Shown here piece after piece: positions 23,053 to 37,595 of a stretch of DNA of 64,000 nt (the stretch's first letter is position 1; the number at the start of each line of letters is the position of its first letter). Made by a program: the position numbers and the translations under genes. This DNA comes from Blastocladiella emersonii ATCC 22665. Taxonomy: Eukaryota; Fungi; Blastocladiomycota. Location of the stretch: the NCBI GenBank assembly GCA_025594325.1, contig JANHCV010000017.1:372001-436000 (forward strand), read 5' to 3'. The notes beneath the pieces are model-generated. The model saw only the letters and a program-made list of their open reading frames with translations, did not search any database and had not been told where the DNA came from.

Positions 23053-25744
23053 CAAAGTCCACGGTCCAATCAACGAGGTAAACAGCGAACTTGTCAAACT
23101 GCCAACCTGCCAACCAAACACCCACGCCGCTTCTCAAGCCACGGTGGGCCCGCGCATTTGCGTTGCCGTCCCAGCCAACGAAGGAATGACTGATGAGCCC
23201 TGGTAGCCTGCTAGACTGACAGCCTGACAGCGCCCGCTCAGTTGCTATTATCTATCTCGTAGGTAGTCTGGGAGGAGTTCGTTAGTCGATACGCGACCAG
23301 TCTCCTCCTGGCTGCCCGCTCTGCTGCCATCTCCAAGGCCCGCATGAAGATGGGCCAGGGAGGTTTACGAGCATTTCCTATCTCTCCTCTCTCCGTGTGA
23401 AACCATTCACCCGCGGACGGATGCGCACCACGCACCGTGCACCGCGCACCGCGCACCGCGCACCGCGCACCGTGCACCGCGCACCGCGCACCGCGCACCG
23501 CGCACCGCGCACCGCGCACAGCGCACCGCGGACAGCGCCCGATGCACCACACGCTGCGCACACGGCGCCAACGGCCACGCTGGTGTCACGCACACACACT
23601 CGCATGAACGGCAAGCAGGCAAGGCTTCCTCAACTCAACCATGATCCATCGTCCATGTCTGCTCGCTCCAACGGGTGCGCCTGCCTACCCTCCCAGTGCC
23701 ATCGATTGATTGATTCATGTCCAGTGCTGCCCATGCTTTCATGGCCGCGGGGTCCGTCAGAACGCCTTGCAATGCGTGCGCCTGCATGCACCTGCACTGC
23801 AGAGCGCTGCAGAGGGCTGCACAGCGCTGCGGAGGGCTGCAGAGGGCTAAGGCGGCAGGGCTTCTCCTCCTGCAGGGGACAGTACCAAGGCCAAGGAGTG
23901 CTAGTGACTACTAACGGAATGGTGATTGGCCCCCTTCACACGCTCCTGGCAGGACTGCGTGTGGGCGTGCGGGCGTTTGTGCGTGCGTGCCTTGATTCGT
24001 CCACCATCATACGCGCAAAGTGACCAAGTGACCAAGTGACCAAGTGACCAAGTGACCAAGTGACCAAGGTGACCAAGGTGACCAAGGTGACCAAGGTGAC
24101 CAAGGTGACCAAGTGACACACAAGCACCAAGCTAGGGTGGCCGGGCGGCCATGGAACGTACTGCATGGGAACCATTACCGTGGACTGGCCGCGGCCATTT
24201 ATCGCAGCACAGCCCTGCCTGGCTCAGGACGCGGCGGGCGTGGGAGGCAGGCAGGGTAGATCGGTAGCAGCAGCAGGACCTGGCTAGCTGGCTGTCAAAC
24301 AACACAAGTGAAGGGGTGCGTGAGGGAGGGTGTGTTGAATGAATGGATGGGTGGATGCAGGCAGAGAGAGACCTTCGTACGTGTCGTGGGTGATGAGGAT
24401 TGGTTGGCCACCATCCACCAACGCCATGGCATGGCTGCGGGTGTCGCTGCGTGCGCCTTGGCGGGTGGTGTTGGTGGGTGGGTGGTCTTGGTGGGTGCTG
24501 TGGTGGTAGTGGAGCTAGAGTGGTGCCGTGGGGCTCTTGGGGTCCCCTTTCCTTCCTGTCTGGCCTAGGTGGGTCGGCGGACGCAGCGCGCATGCGGGCA
24601 AGGTAACAACATTGCTCACGCAATGGATCATGTATTTTATGGCAAGTAGTCTGCGAAGCAGAGACGGGGATGTCCGGCCCAATCGGACCCTCCACGGATC
24701 ACAATATGCACGCAATGAATTGACTGATGATAGGGATGTACCAAACCAGCCACGTAGACAATTGTCGTGGTTGTCGAACAAAACCATATTCAAATCTTTG
24801 GCAACGCGCCTGTCCAGCTAGCCAGGGACCCATGAATCACAGTATCGACCCAACAAGATATTTGACCATGGAAACATAGTAAACCAGCCACGCGGATAAT
24901 TGTCATGGTACTCAATCAAAACCATATTCATATTTTTGCTTCCCCGCATGTCAAGCTGGTTGAAGACCCATTAATCACAGTATCGAACCAACAAAATATC
25001 TGACCATGGAAATATAGTCAACCAGCCACGCGGACAATTGTCATGGTACTCAATCGAAACCACATTCAAGTCTTTGCTCTCCCGCATGTCAAGCTGGTTG
25101 AAGGCCCATAAATCACAGTATCGACCCAACAAGATATTTGACCATGGAAATATAGTAAACCAGCCACGCGGATAATTGTCATGGTACTCAATCAAAACCA
25201 TATTCAAGTCTTTGCTTTCCCGCACGTCCAGCTGGTTGAAGGCCCATAAATCACAGTATCGACCCAACAAAGTATCTGACAACCGAAATATAGCAGACAA
25301 TCCACGCAGACAATTGTCATGCCACCTAATCAAAACCATATTCAAGTCTTTGCTTTCCCACATGTCAAGCTGGTTGAAGGCCCATAAATCACAGTATCGA
25401 ACCAACGAAATATCTGACCATGGAAATATAGTAAAGCAGCCACGCAGATAATTGTCATGGTACTTAATCAAAACCATATTCATATTTTTGCTTCCCCGCA
25501 TGTCAAGCTGGTTGAAGGCCCATAAATCACAGTATCGAACGAACAAGATATCTTACCATGGAAATATAGTTAACCAGCCACGCAAATGATTGTCATGCCA
25601 CTTAATCAAAACCATACTCAAATGGTCGATTACCCTCACGTCCAAGCGGCCAAGGACCCAAACCGCCAGATACCCAAATCTACGACCACGTTGCGCACAC
25701 TCCACTAGCCAACTCTTCGATCCCCTAATTATGGAGCCCGTCGT
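23053..25744. repeat. Unit U9 (2692 bp, 276-bp deletion)
   Basis: Same type as U5. Confidence 0.97.
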
Positions 25745-28712
25745 CAAAGTCCACGGTCCAATCAACGAGGTAAACAGCGAACTTGTCAAACTGCCAACCT
25801 GCCAACCAAACACCCACGCCGCTTCTCAAGCCACGGTGGGCCCGCGCATTTGCGTTGCCGTCCCAGCCAACGAAGGAATGACTGATGAGCCCTGGTAGCC
25901 TGCTAGACTGACAGCCTGACAGCGCCCGCTCAGTTGCTATTATCTATCTCGTAGGTAGTCTGGGAGGAGTTCGTTAGTCGATACGCGACCAGTCTCCTCC
26001 TGGCTGCCCGCTCTGCTGCCATCTCCAAGGCCCGCATGAAGATGGGCCAGGGAGGTTTACGAGCATTTCCTATCTCTCCTCTCTCCGTGTGAAACCATTC
26101 ACCCGCGGACGGATGCGCACCACGCACCGTGCACCGCGCACCGCGCACCGCGCACCGCGCACCGTGCACCGCGCACCGCGCACCGCGCACCGCGCACCGC
26201 GCACCGCGCACAGCGCACCGCGGACAGCGCCCGATGCACCACACGCTGCGCACACGGCGCCAACGGCCACGCTGGTGTCACGCACACACACTCGCATGAA
26301 CGGCAAGCAGGCAAGGCTTCCTCAACTCAACCATGATCCATCGTCCATGTCTGCTCGCTCCAACGGGTGCGCCTGCCTACCCTCCCAGTGCCATCGATTG
26401 ATTGATTCATGTCCAGTGCTGCCCATGCTTTCATGGCCGCGGGGTCCGTCAGAACGCCTTGCAATGCGTGCGCCTGCATGCACCTGCACTGCAGAGCGCT
26501 GCAGAGGGCTGCACAGCGCTGCGGAGGGCTGCAGAGGGCTAAGGCGGCAGGGCTTCTCCTCCTGCAGGGGACAGTACCAAGGCCAAGGAGTGCTAGTGAC
26601 TACTAACGGAATGGTGATTGGCCCCCTTCACACGCTCCTGGCAGGACTGCGTGTGGGCGTGCGGGCGTTTGTGCGTGCGTGCCTTGATTCGTCCACCATC
26701 ATACGCGCAAAGTGACCAAGTGACCAAGTGACCAAGTGACCAAGTGACCAAGTGACCAAGGTGACCAAGGTGACCAAGGTGACCAAGGTGACCAAGGTGA
26801 CCAAGTGACACACAAGCACCAAGCTAGGGTGGCCGGGCGGCCATGGAACGTACTGCATGGGAACCATTACCGTGGACTGGCCGCGGCCATTTATCGCAGC
26901 ACAGCCCTGCCTGGCTCAGGACGCGGCGGGCGTGGGAGGCAGGCAGGGTAGATCGGTAGCAGCAGCAGGACCTGGCTAGCTGGCTGTCAAACAACACAAG
27001 TGAAGGGGTGCGTGAGGGAGGGTGTGTTGAATGAATGGATGGGTGGATGCAGGCAGAGAGAGACCTTCGTACGTGTCGTGGGTGATGAGGATTGGTTGGC
27101 CACCATCCACCAACGCCATGGCATGGCTGCGGGTGTCGCTGCGTGCGCCTTGGCGGGTGGTGTTGGTGGGTGGGTGGTCTTGGTGGGTGCTGTGGTGGTA
27201 GTGGAGCTAGAGTGGTGCCGTGGGGCTCTTGGGGTCCCCTTTCCTTCCTGTCTGGCCTAGGTGGGTCGGCGGACGCAGCGCGCATGCGGGCAAGGTAACA
27301 ACATTGCTCACGCAATGGATCATGTATTTTATGGCAAGTAGTCTGCGAAGCAGAGACGGGGATGTCCGGCCCAATCGGACCCTCCACGGATCACAATATG
27401 CACGCAATGAATTGACTGATGATAGGGATGTACCAAACCAGCCACGTAGACAATTGTCGTGGTTGTCGAACAAAACCATATTCAAATCTTTGGCAACGCG
27501 CCTGTCCAGCTAGCCAGGGACCCATGAATCACAGTATCGACCCAACAAGATATTAGACCATGGTAATATAGTAAACCAACCTCGTACATAATTGTCATGG
27601 TACTCAAACAAAACCATATTCAAGTCTTTGCTTTCCCGCATATCCAGCTGGCCAGGGACCCATAAATCACAGTATCGAACGAACAAGATATCTTACCATG
27701 GAAATATAGTTAACCAGCCACGCGGACAATTGTCATGGTACTCAATCGAGACCACATTCAAGTCTTTGCTCTCCCGCATGTCAAGCTGGTTGAAGGCCCA
27801 TTAATCACAGTATCGACCCAACAAGATATTTGACCATGGAAACATAGTAAACCAGCCACGCGGATAATTGTCATGGTACTCAATCAAAACCATATTCATA
27901 TTTTTGCTTCCCCGCATGTCAAGCTGGTTGAAGACCCATCAATCACAGTATCGAACCAACAAAATATCTGACCATGGAAATATAGTCAACCAGCCACGCG
28001 GACAATTGTCATGGTACTCAATCGAAACCACATTCAAGTCTTTGCTCTCCCGCATGTCAAGCTGGTTGAAGGCCCATAAATCACAGTATCGACCCAACAA
28101 GATATTTGACCATGGAAATATAGTAAACCAGCCACGCGGATAATTGTCATGGTACTCAATCAAAACCATATTCAAGTCTTTGCTTTCCCGCACGTCCAGC
28201 TGGTTGAAGGCCCATAAATCACAGTATCGACCCAACAAAGTATCTGACAACCGAAATATAGCAGACAATCCACGCAGACAATTGTCATGCCACCTAATCA
28301 AAACCATATTCAAGTCTTTGCTTTCCCACATGTCAAGCTGGTTGAAGGCCCATAAATCACAGTATCGAACCAACGAAATATCTGACCATGGAAATATAGT
28401 AAAGCAGCCACGCAGATAATTGTCATGGTACTTAATCAAAACCATATTCATATTTTTGCTTCCCCGCATGTCAAGCTGGTTGAAGGCCCATAAATCACAG
28501 TATCGAACGAACAAGATATCTTACCATGGAAATATAGTTAACCAGCCACGCAAATGATTGTCATGCCACTTAATCAAAACCATACTCAAATGGTCGATTA
28601 CCCTCACGTCCAAGCGGCCAAGGACCCAAACCGCCAGATACCCAAATCTACGACCACGTTGCGCACACTCCACTAGCCAACTCTTCGATCCCCTAATTAT
28701 GGAGCCCGTCGT
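25745..28712. repeat. Unit U10 (2968 bp)
   Basis: 7-mer x18; last unit with 2236-equivalent=C (27987); private T>C at 27940. Confidence 0.97.
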
Positions 28713-31680
28713 CAAAGTCCACGGTCCAATCAACGAGGTAAACAGCGAACTTGTCAAACTGCCAACCTGCCAACCAAACACCCACGCCGCTTCTCAAGCC
28801 ACGGTGGGCCCGCGCATTTGCGTTGCCGTCCCAGCCAACGAAGGAATGACTGATGAGCCCTGGTAGCCTGCTAGACTGACAGCCTGACAGCGCCCGCTCA
28901 GTTGCTATTATCTATCTCGTAGGTAGTCTGGGAGGAGTTCGTTAGTCGATACGCGACCAGTCTCCTCCTGGCTGCCCGCTCTGCTGCCATCTCCAAGGCC
29001 CGCATGAAGATGGGCCAGGGAGGTTTACGAGCATTTCCTATCTCTCCTCTCTCCGTGTGAAACCATTCACCCGCGGACGGATGCGCACCACGCACCGTGC
29101 ACCGCGCACCGCGCACCGCGCACCGCGCACCGTGCACCGCGCACCGCGCACCGCGCACCGCGCACCGCGCACCGCGCACAGCGCACCGCGGACAGCGCCC
29201 GATGCACCACACGCTGCGCACACGGCGCCAACGGCCACGCTGGTGTCACGCACACACACTCGCATGAACGGCAAGCAGGCAAGGCTTCCTCAACTCAACC
29301 ATGATCCATCGTCCATGTCTGCTCGCTCCAACGGGTGCGCCTGCCTACCCTCCCAGTGCCATCGATTGATTGATTCATGTCCAGTGCTGCCCATGCTTTC
29401 ATGGCCGCGGGGTCCGTCAGAACGCCTTGCAATGCGTGCGCCTGCATGCACCTGCACTGCAGAGCGCTGCAGAGGGCTGCACAGCGCTGCGGAGGGCTGC
29501 AGAGGGCTAAGGCGGCAGGGCTTCTCCTCCTGCAGGGGACAGTACCAAGGCCAAGGAGTGCTAGTGACTACTAACGGAATGGTGATTGGCCCCCTTCACA
29601 CGCTCCTGGCAGGACTGCGTGTGGGCGTGCGGGCGTTTGTGCGTGCGTGCCTTGATTCGTCCACCATCATACGCGCAAAGTGACCAAGTGACCAAGTGAC
29701 CAAGTGACCAAGTGACCAAGTGACCAAGGTGACCAAGGTGACCAAGGTGACCAAGGTGACCAAGGTGACCAAGTGACACACAAGCACCAAGCTAGGGTGG
29801 CCGGGCGGCCATGGAACGTACTGCATGGGAACCATTACCGTGGACTGGCCGCGGCCATTTATCGCAGCACAGCCCTGCCTGGCTCAGGACGCGGCGGGCG
29901 TGGGAGGCAGGCAGGGTAGATCGGTAGCAGCAGCAGGACCTGGCTAGCTGGCTGTCAAACAACACAAGTGAAGGGGTGCGTGAGGGAGGGTGTGTTGAAT
30001 GAATGGATGGGTGGATGCAGGCAGAGAGAGACCTTCGTACGTGTCGTGGGTGATGAGGATTGGTTGGCCACCATCCACCAACGCCATGGCATGGCTGCGG
30101 GTGTCGCTGCGTGCGCCTTGGCGGGTGGTGTTGGTGGGTGGGTGGTCTTGGTGGGTGCTGTGGTGGTAGTGGAGCTAGAGTGGTGCCGTGGGGCTCTTGG
30201 GGTCCCCTTTCCTTCCTGTCTGGCCTAGGTGGGTCGGCGGACGCAGCGCGCATGCGGGCAAGGTAACAACATTGCTCACGCAATGGATCATGTATTTTAT
30301 GGCAAGTAGTCTGCGAAGCAGAGACGGGGATGTCCGGCCCAATCGGACCCTCCACGGATCACAATATGCACGCAATGAATTGACTGATGATAGGGATGTA
30401 CCAAACCAGCCACGTAGACAATTGTCGTGGTTGTCGAACAAAACCATATTCAAATCTTTGGCAACGCGCCTGTCCAGCTAGCCAGGGACCCATGAATCAC
30501 AGTATCGACCCAACAAGATATTAGACCATGGTAATATAGTAAACCAACCTCGTACATAATTGTCATGGTACTCAAACAAAACCATATTCAAGTCTTTGCT
30601 TTCCCGCATATCCAGCTGGCCAGGGACCCATAAATCACAGTATCGAACGAACAAGATATCTTACCATGGAAATATAGTTAACCAGCCACGCGGACAATTG
30701 TCATGGTACTCAATCGAGACCACATTCAAGTCTTTGCTCTCCCGCATGTCAAGCTGGTTGAAGGCCCATTAATCACAGTATCGACCCAACAAGATATTTG
30801 ACCATGGAAACATAGTAAACCAGCCACGCGGATAATTGTCATGGTACTCAATCAAAACCATATTCATATTTTTGCTTCCCCGCATGTCAAGCTGGTTGAA
30901 GACCCATTAATCACAGTATCGAACCAACAAAATATCTGACCATGGAAATATAGTTAACCAGCCACGCGGACAATTGTCATGGTACTCAATCGAAACCACA
31001 TTCAAGTCTTTGCTCTCCCGCATGTCAAGCTGGTTGAAGGCCCATTAATCACAGTATCGACCCAACAAGATATTTGACCATGGAAATATAGTAAACCAGC
31101 CACGCGGATAATTGTCATGGTACTCAATCAAAACCATATTCAAGTCTTTGCTTTCCCGCACGTCCAGCTGGTTGAAGGCCCATAAATCACAGTATCGACC
31201 CAACAAAGTATCTGACAACCGAAATATAGCAGACAATCCACGCAGACAATTGTCATGCCACCTAATCAAAACCATATTCAAGTCTTTGCTTTCCCACATG
31301 TCAAGCTGGTTGAAGGCCCATAAATCACAGTATCGAACCAACGAAATATCTGACCATGGAAATATAGTAAAGCAGCCACGCAGATAATTGTCATGGTACT
31401 TAATCAAAACCATATTCATATTTTTGCTTCCCCGCATGTCAAGCTGGTTGAAGGCCCATAAATCACAGTATCGAACGAACAAGATATCTTACCATGGAAA
31501 TATAGTTAACCAGCCACGCAAATGATTGTCATGCCACTTAATCAAAACCATACTCAAATGGTCGATTACCCTCACGTCCAAGCGGCCAAGGACCCAAACC
31601 GCCAGATACCCAAATCTACGACCACGTTGCGCACACTCCACTAGCCAACTCTTCGATCCCCTAATTATGGAGCCCGTCGT
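28713..31680. repeat. Unit U11 (2968 bp)
   Basis: 7-mer x18; 2236-equivalent=T; A>T at 31046. Confidence 0.97.
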
Positions 31681-34648
31681 CAAAGTCCACGGTCCAATCA
31701 ACGAGGTAAACAGCGAACTTGTCAAACTGCCAACCTGCCAACCAAACACCCACGCCGCTTCTCAAGCCACGGTGGGCCCGCGCATTTGCGTTGCCGTCCC
31801 AGCCAACGAAGGAATGACTGATGAGCCCTGGTAGCCTGCTAGACTGACAGCCTGACAGCGCCCGCTCAGTTGCTATTATCTATCTCGTAGGTAGTCTGGG
31901 AGGAGTTCGTTAGTCGATACGCGACCAGTCTCCTCCTGGCTGCCCGCTCTGCTGCCATCTCCAAGGCCCGCATGAAGATGGGCCAGGGAGGTTTACGAGC
32001 ATTTCCTATCTCTCCTCTCTCCGTGTGAAACCATTCACCCGCGGACGGATGCGCACCACGCACCGTGCACCGCGCACCGCGCACCGCGCACCGCGCACCG
32101 TGCACCGCGCACCGCGCACCGCGCACCGCGCACCGCGCACCGCGCACAGCGCACCGCGGACAGCGCCCGATGCACCACACGCTGCGCACACGGCGCCAAC
32201 GGCCACGCTGGTGTCACGCACACACACTCGCATGAACGGCAAGCAGGCAAGGCTTCCTCAACTCAACCATGATCCATCGTCCATGTCTGCTCGCTCCAAC
32301 GGGTGCGCCTGCCTACCCTCCCAGTGCCATCGATTGATTGATTCATGTCCAGTGCTGCCCATGCTTTCATGGCCGCGGGGTCCGTCAGAACGCCTTGCAA
32401 TGCGTGCGCCTGCATGCACCTGCACTGCAGAGCGCTGCAGAGGGCTGCACAGCGCTGCGGAGGGCTGCAGAGGGCTAAGGCGGCAGGGCTTCTCCTCCTG
32501 CAGGGGACAGTACCAAGGCCAAGGAGTGCTAGTGACTACTAACGGAATGGTGATTGGCCCCCTTCACACGCTCCTGGCAGGACTGCGTGTGGGCGTGCGG
32601 GCGTTTGTGCGTGCGTGCCTTGATTCGTCCACCATCATACGCGCAAAGTGACCAAGTGACCAAGTGACCAAGTGACCAAGTGACCAAGTGACCAAGGTGA
32701 CCAAGGTGACCAAGGTGACCAAGGTGACCAAGGTGACCAAGTGACACACAAGCACCAAGCTAGGGTGGCCGGGCGGCCATGGAACGTACTGCATGGGAAC
32801 CATTACCGTGGACTGGCCGCGGCCATTTATCGCAGCACAGCCCTGCCTGGCTCAGGACGCGGCGGGCGTGGGAGGCAGGCAGGGTAGATCGGTAGCAGCA
32901 GCAGGACCTGGCTAGCTGGCTGTCAAACAACACAAGTGAAGGGGTGCGTGAGGGAGGGTGTGTTGAATGAATGGATGGGTGGATGCAGGCAGAGAGAGAC
33001 CTTCGTACGTGTCGTGGGTGATGAGGATTGGTTGGCCACCATCCACCAACGCCATGGCATGGCTGCGGGTGTCGCTGCGTGCGCCTTGGCGGGTGGTGTT
33101 GGTGGGTGGGTGGTCTTGGTGGGTGCTGTGGTGGTAGTGGAGCTAGAGTGGTGCCGTGGGGCTCTTGGGGTCCCCTTTCCTTCCTGTCTGGCCTAGGTGG
33201 GTCGGCGGACGCAGCGCGCATGCGGGCAAGGTAACAACATTGCTCACGCAATGGATCATGTATTTTATGGCAAGTAGTCTGCGAAGCAGAGACGGGGATG
33301 TCCGGCCCAATCGGACCCTCCACGGATCACAATATGCACGCAATGAATTGACTGATGATAGGGATGTACCAAACCAGCCACGTAGACAATTGTCGTGGTT
33401 GTCGAACAAAACCATATTCAAATCTTTGGCAACGCGCCTGTCCAGCTAGCCAGGGACCCATGAATCACAGTATCGACCCAACAAGATATTAGACCATGGT
33501 AATATAGTAAACCAACCTCGTACATAATTGTCATGGTACTCAAACAAAACCATATTCAAGTCTTTGCTTTCCCGCATATCCAGCTGGCCAGGGACCCATA
33601 AATCACAGTATCGAACGAACAAGATATCTTACCATGGAAATATAGTTAACCAGCCACGCGGACAATTGTCATGGTACTCAATCGAGACCACATTCAAGTC
33701 TTTGCTCTCCCGCATGTCAAGCTGGTTGAAGGCCCATTAATCACAGTATCGACCCAACAAGATATTTGACCATGGAAACATAGTAAACCAGCCACGCGGA
33801 TAATTGTCATGGTACTCAATCAAAACCATATTCATATTTTTGCTTCCCCGCATGTCAAGCTGGTTGAAGACCCATTAATCACAGTATCGAACCAACAAAA
33901 TATCTGACCATGGAAATATAGTTAACCAGCCACGCGGACAATTGTCATGGTACTCAATCGAAACCACATTCAAGTCTTTGCTCTCCCGCATGTCAAGCTG
34001 GTTGAAGGCCCATTAATCACAGTATCGACCCAACAAGATATTTGACCATGGAAATATAGTAAACCAGCCACGCGGATAATTGTCATGGTACTCAATCAAA
34101 ACCATATTCAAGTCTTTGCTTTCCCGCACGTCCAGCTGGTTGAAGGCCCATAAATCACAGTATCGACCCAACAAAGTATCTGACAACCGAAATATAGCAG
34201 ACAATCCACGCAGACAATTGTCATGCCACCTAATCAAAACCATATTCAAGTCTTTGCTTTCCCACATGTCAAGCTGGTTGAAGGCCCATAAATCACAGTA
34301 TCGAACCAACGAAATATCTGACCATGGAAATATAGTAAAGCAGCCACGCAGATAATTGTCATGGTACTTAATCAAAACCATATTCATATTTTTGCTTCCC
34401 CGCATGTCAAGCTGGTTGAAGGCCCATAAATCACAGTATCGAACGAACAAGATATCTTACCATGGAAATATAGTTAACCAGCCACGCAAATGATTGTCAT
34501 GCCACTTAATCAAAACCATACTCAAATGGTCGATTACCCTCACGTCCAAGCGGCCAAGGACCCAAACCGCCAGATACCCAAATCTACGACCACGTTGCGC
34601 ACACTCCACTAGCCAACTCTTCGATCCCCTAATTATGGAGCCCGTCGT
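31681..34648. repeat. Unit U12 (2968 bp)
   Basis: Same type as U11 (A>T at 34014). Confidence 0.97.
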
Positions 34649-37595
34649 CAAAGTCCACGGTCCAATCAACGAGGTAAACAGCGAACTTGTCAAACTGCCA
34701 ACCTGCCAACCAAACACCCACGCCGCTTCTCAAGCCACGGTGGGCCCGCGCATTTGCGTTGCCGTCCCAGCCAACGAAGGAATGACTGATGAGCCCTGGT
34801 AGCCTGCTAGACTGACAGCCTGACAGCGCCCGCTCAGTTGCTATTATCTATCTCGTAGGTAGTCTGGGAGGAGTTCGTTAGTCGATACGCGACCAGTCTC
34901 CTCCTGGCTGCCCGCTCTGCTGCCATCTCCAAGGCCCGCATGAAGATGGGCCAGGGAGGTTTACGAGCATTTCCTATCTCTCCTCTCTCCGTGTGAAACC
35001 ATTCACCCGCGGACGGATGCGCACCACGCACCGTGCACCGCGCACCGCGCACCGCGCACCGCGCACCGTGCACCGCGCACCGCGCACCGCGCACAGCGCA
35101 CCGCGGACAGCGCCCGATGCACCACACGCTGCGCACACGGCGCCAACGGCCACGCTGGTGTCACGCACACACACTCGCATGAACGGCAAGCAGGCAAGGC
35201 TTCCTCAACTCAACCATGATCCATCGTCCATGTCTGCTCGCTCCAACGGGTGCGCCTGCCTACCCTCCCAGTGCCATCGATTGATTGATTCATGTCCAGT
35301 GCTGCCCATGCTTTCATGGCCGCGGGGTCCGTCAGAACGCCTTGCAATGCGTGCGCCTGCATGCACCTGCACTGCAGAGCGCTGCAGAGGGCTGCACAGC
35401 GCTGCGGAGGGCTGCAGAGGGCTAAGGCGGCAGGGCTTCTCCTCCTGCAGGGGACAGTACCAAGGCCAAGGAGTGCTAGTGACTACTAACGGAATGGTGA
35501 TTGGCCCCCTTCACACGCTCCTGGCAGGACTGCGTGTGGGCGTGCGGGCGTTTGTGCGTGCGTGCCTTGATTCGTCCACCATCATACGCGCAAAGTGACC
35601 AAGTGACCAAGTGACCAAGTGACCAAGTGACCAAGTGACCAAGGTGACCAAGGTGACCAAGGTGACCAAGGTGACCAAGGTGACCAAGTGACACACAAGC
35701 ACCAAGCTAGGGTGGCCGGGCGGCCATGGAACGTACTGCATGGGAACCATTACCGTGGACTGGCCGCGGCCATTTATCGCAGCACAGCCCTGCCTGGCTC
35801 AGGACGCGGCGGGCGTGGGAGGCAGGCAGGGTAGATCGGTAGCAGCAGCAGGACCTGGCTAGCTGGCTGTCAAACAACACAAGTGAAGGGGTGCGTGAGG
35901 GAGGGTGTGTTGAATGAATGGATGGGTGGATGCAGGCAGAGAGAGACCTTCGTACGTGTCGTGGGTGATGAGGATTGGTTGGCCACCATCCACCAACGCC
36001 ATGGCATGGCTGCGGGTGTCGCTGCGTGCGCCTTGGCGGGTGGTGTTGGTGGGTGGGTGGTCTTGGTGGGTGCTGTGGTGGTAGTGGAGCTAGAGTGGTG
36101 CCGTGGGGCTCTTGGGGTCCCCTTTCCTTCCTGTCTGGCCTAGGTGGGTCGGCGGACGCAGCGCGCATGCGGGCAAGGTAACAACATTGCTCACGCAATG
36201 GATCATGTATTTTATGGCAAGTAGTCTGCGAAGCAGAGACGGGGATGTCCGGCCCAATCGGACCCTCCACGGATCACAATATGCACGCAATGAATTGACT
36301 GATGATAGGGATGTACCAAACCAGCAACGTAGACAATTGTCGTGGTTGTCGAACAAAACCATATTCAAATCTTTGGCAACGCGCCTGTCCAGCTAGCCAG
36401 GGACCCATGAATCACAGTATCGACCCAACAAGATATTAGACCATGGTAATATAGTAAACCAACCTCGTACATAATTGTCATGGTACTCAAACAAAACCAT
36501 ATTCAAGTCTTTGCTTTCCCGCATATCCAGCTGGCCAGGGACCCATAAATCACAGTATCGAACGAACAAGATATCTTACCATGGAAATATAGTTAACCAG
36601 CCACGCGGACAATTGTCATGGTACTCAATCGAGACCACATTCAAGTCTTTGCTCTCCCGCATGTCAAGCTGGTTGAAGGCCCATTAATCACAGTATCGAC
36701 CCAACAAGATATTTGACCATGGAAACATAGTAAACCAGCCACGCGGATAATTGTCATGGTACTCAATCAAAACCATATTCATATTTTTGCTTCCCCGCAT
36801 GTCAAGCTGGTTGAAGACCCATTAATCACAGTATCGAACCAACAAAATATCTGACCATGGAAATATAGTTAACCAGCCACGCGGACAATTGTCATGGTAC
36901 TCAATCGAAACCACATTCAAGTCTTTGCTCTCCCGCATGTCAAGCTGGTTGAAGGCCCATAAATCACAGTATCGACCCAACAAGATATTTGACCATGGAA
37001 ATATAGTAAACCAGCCACGCGGATAATTGTCATGGTACTCAATCAAAACCATATTCAAGTCTTTGCTTTCCCGCACGTCCAGCTGGTTGAAGGCCCATAA
37101 ATCACAGTATCGACCCAACAAAGTATCTGACAACCGAAATATAGCAGACAATCCACGCAGACAATTGTCATGCCACCTAATCAAAACCATATTCAAGTCT
37201 TTGCTTTCCCACATGTCAAGCTGGTTGAAGGCCCATAAATCACAGTATCGAACCAACGAAATATCTGACCATGGAAATATAGTAAAGCAGCCACGCAGAT
37301 AATTGTCATGGTACTTAATCAAAACCATATTCATATTTTTGCTTCCCCGCATGTCAAGCTGGTTGAAGGCCCATAAATCACAGTATCGAACGAACAAGAT
37401 ATCTTACCATGGAAATATAGTTAACCAGCCACGCAAATGATTGTCATGCCACTTAATCAAAACCATACTCAAATGGTCGATTACCCTCACGTCCAAGCGG
37501 CCAAGGACCCAAACCGCCAGATACCCAAATCTACGACCACGTTGCGCACACTCCACTAGCCAACTCTTCGATCCCCTAATTATGGAGCCCGTCGT
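34649..37595. repeat. Unit U13 (2947 bp)
   Basis: 7-mer x15; 1692-equivalent=A (36326); 2236-equivalent=T. Confidence 0.97.
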
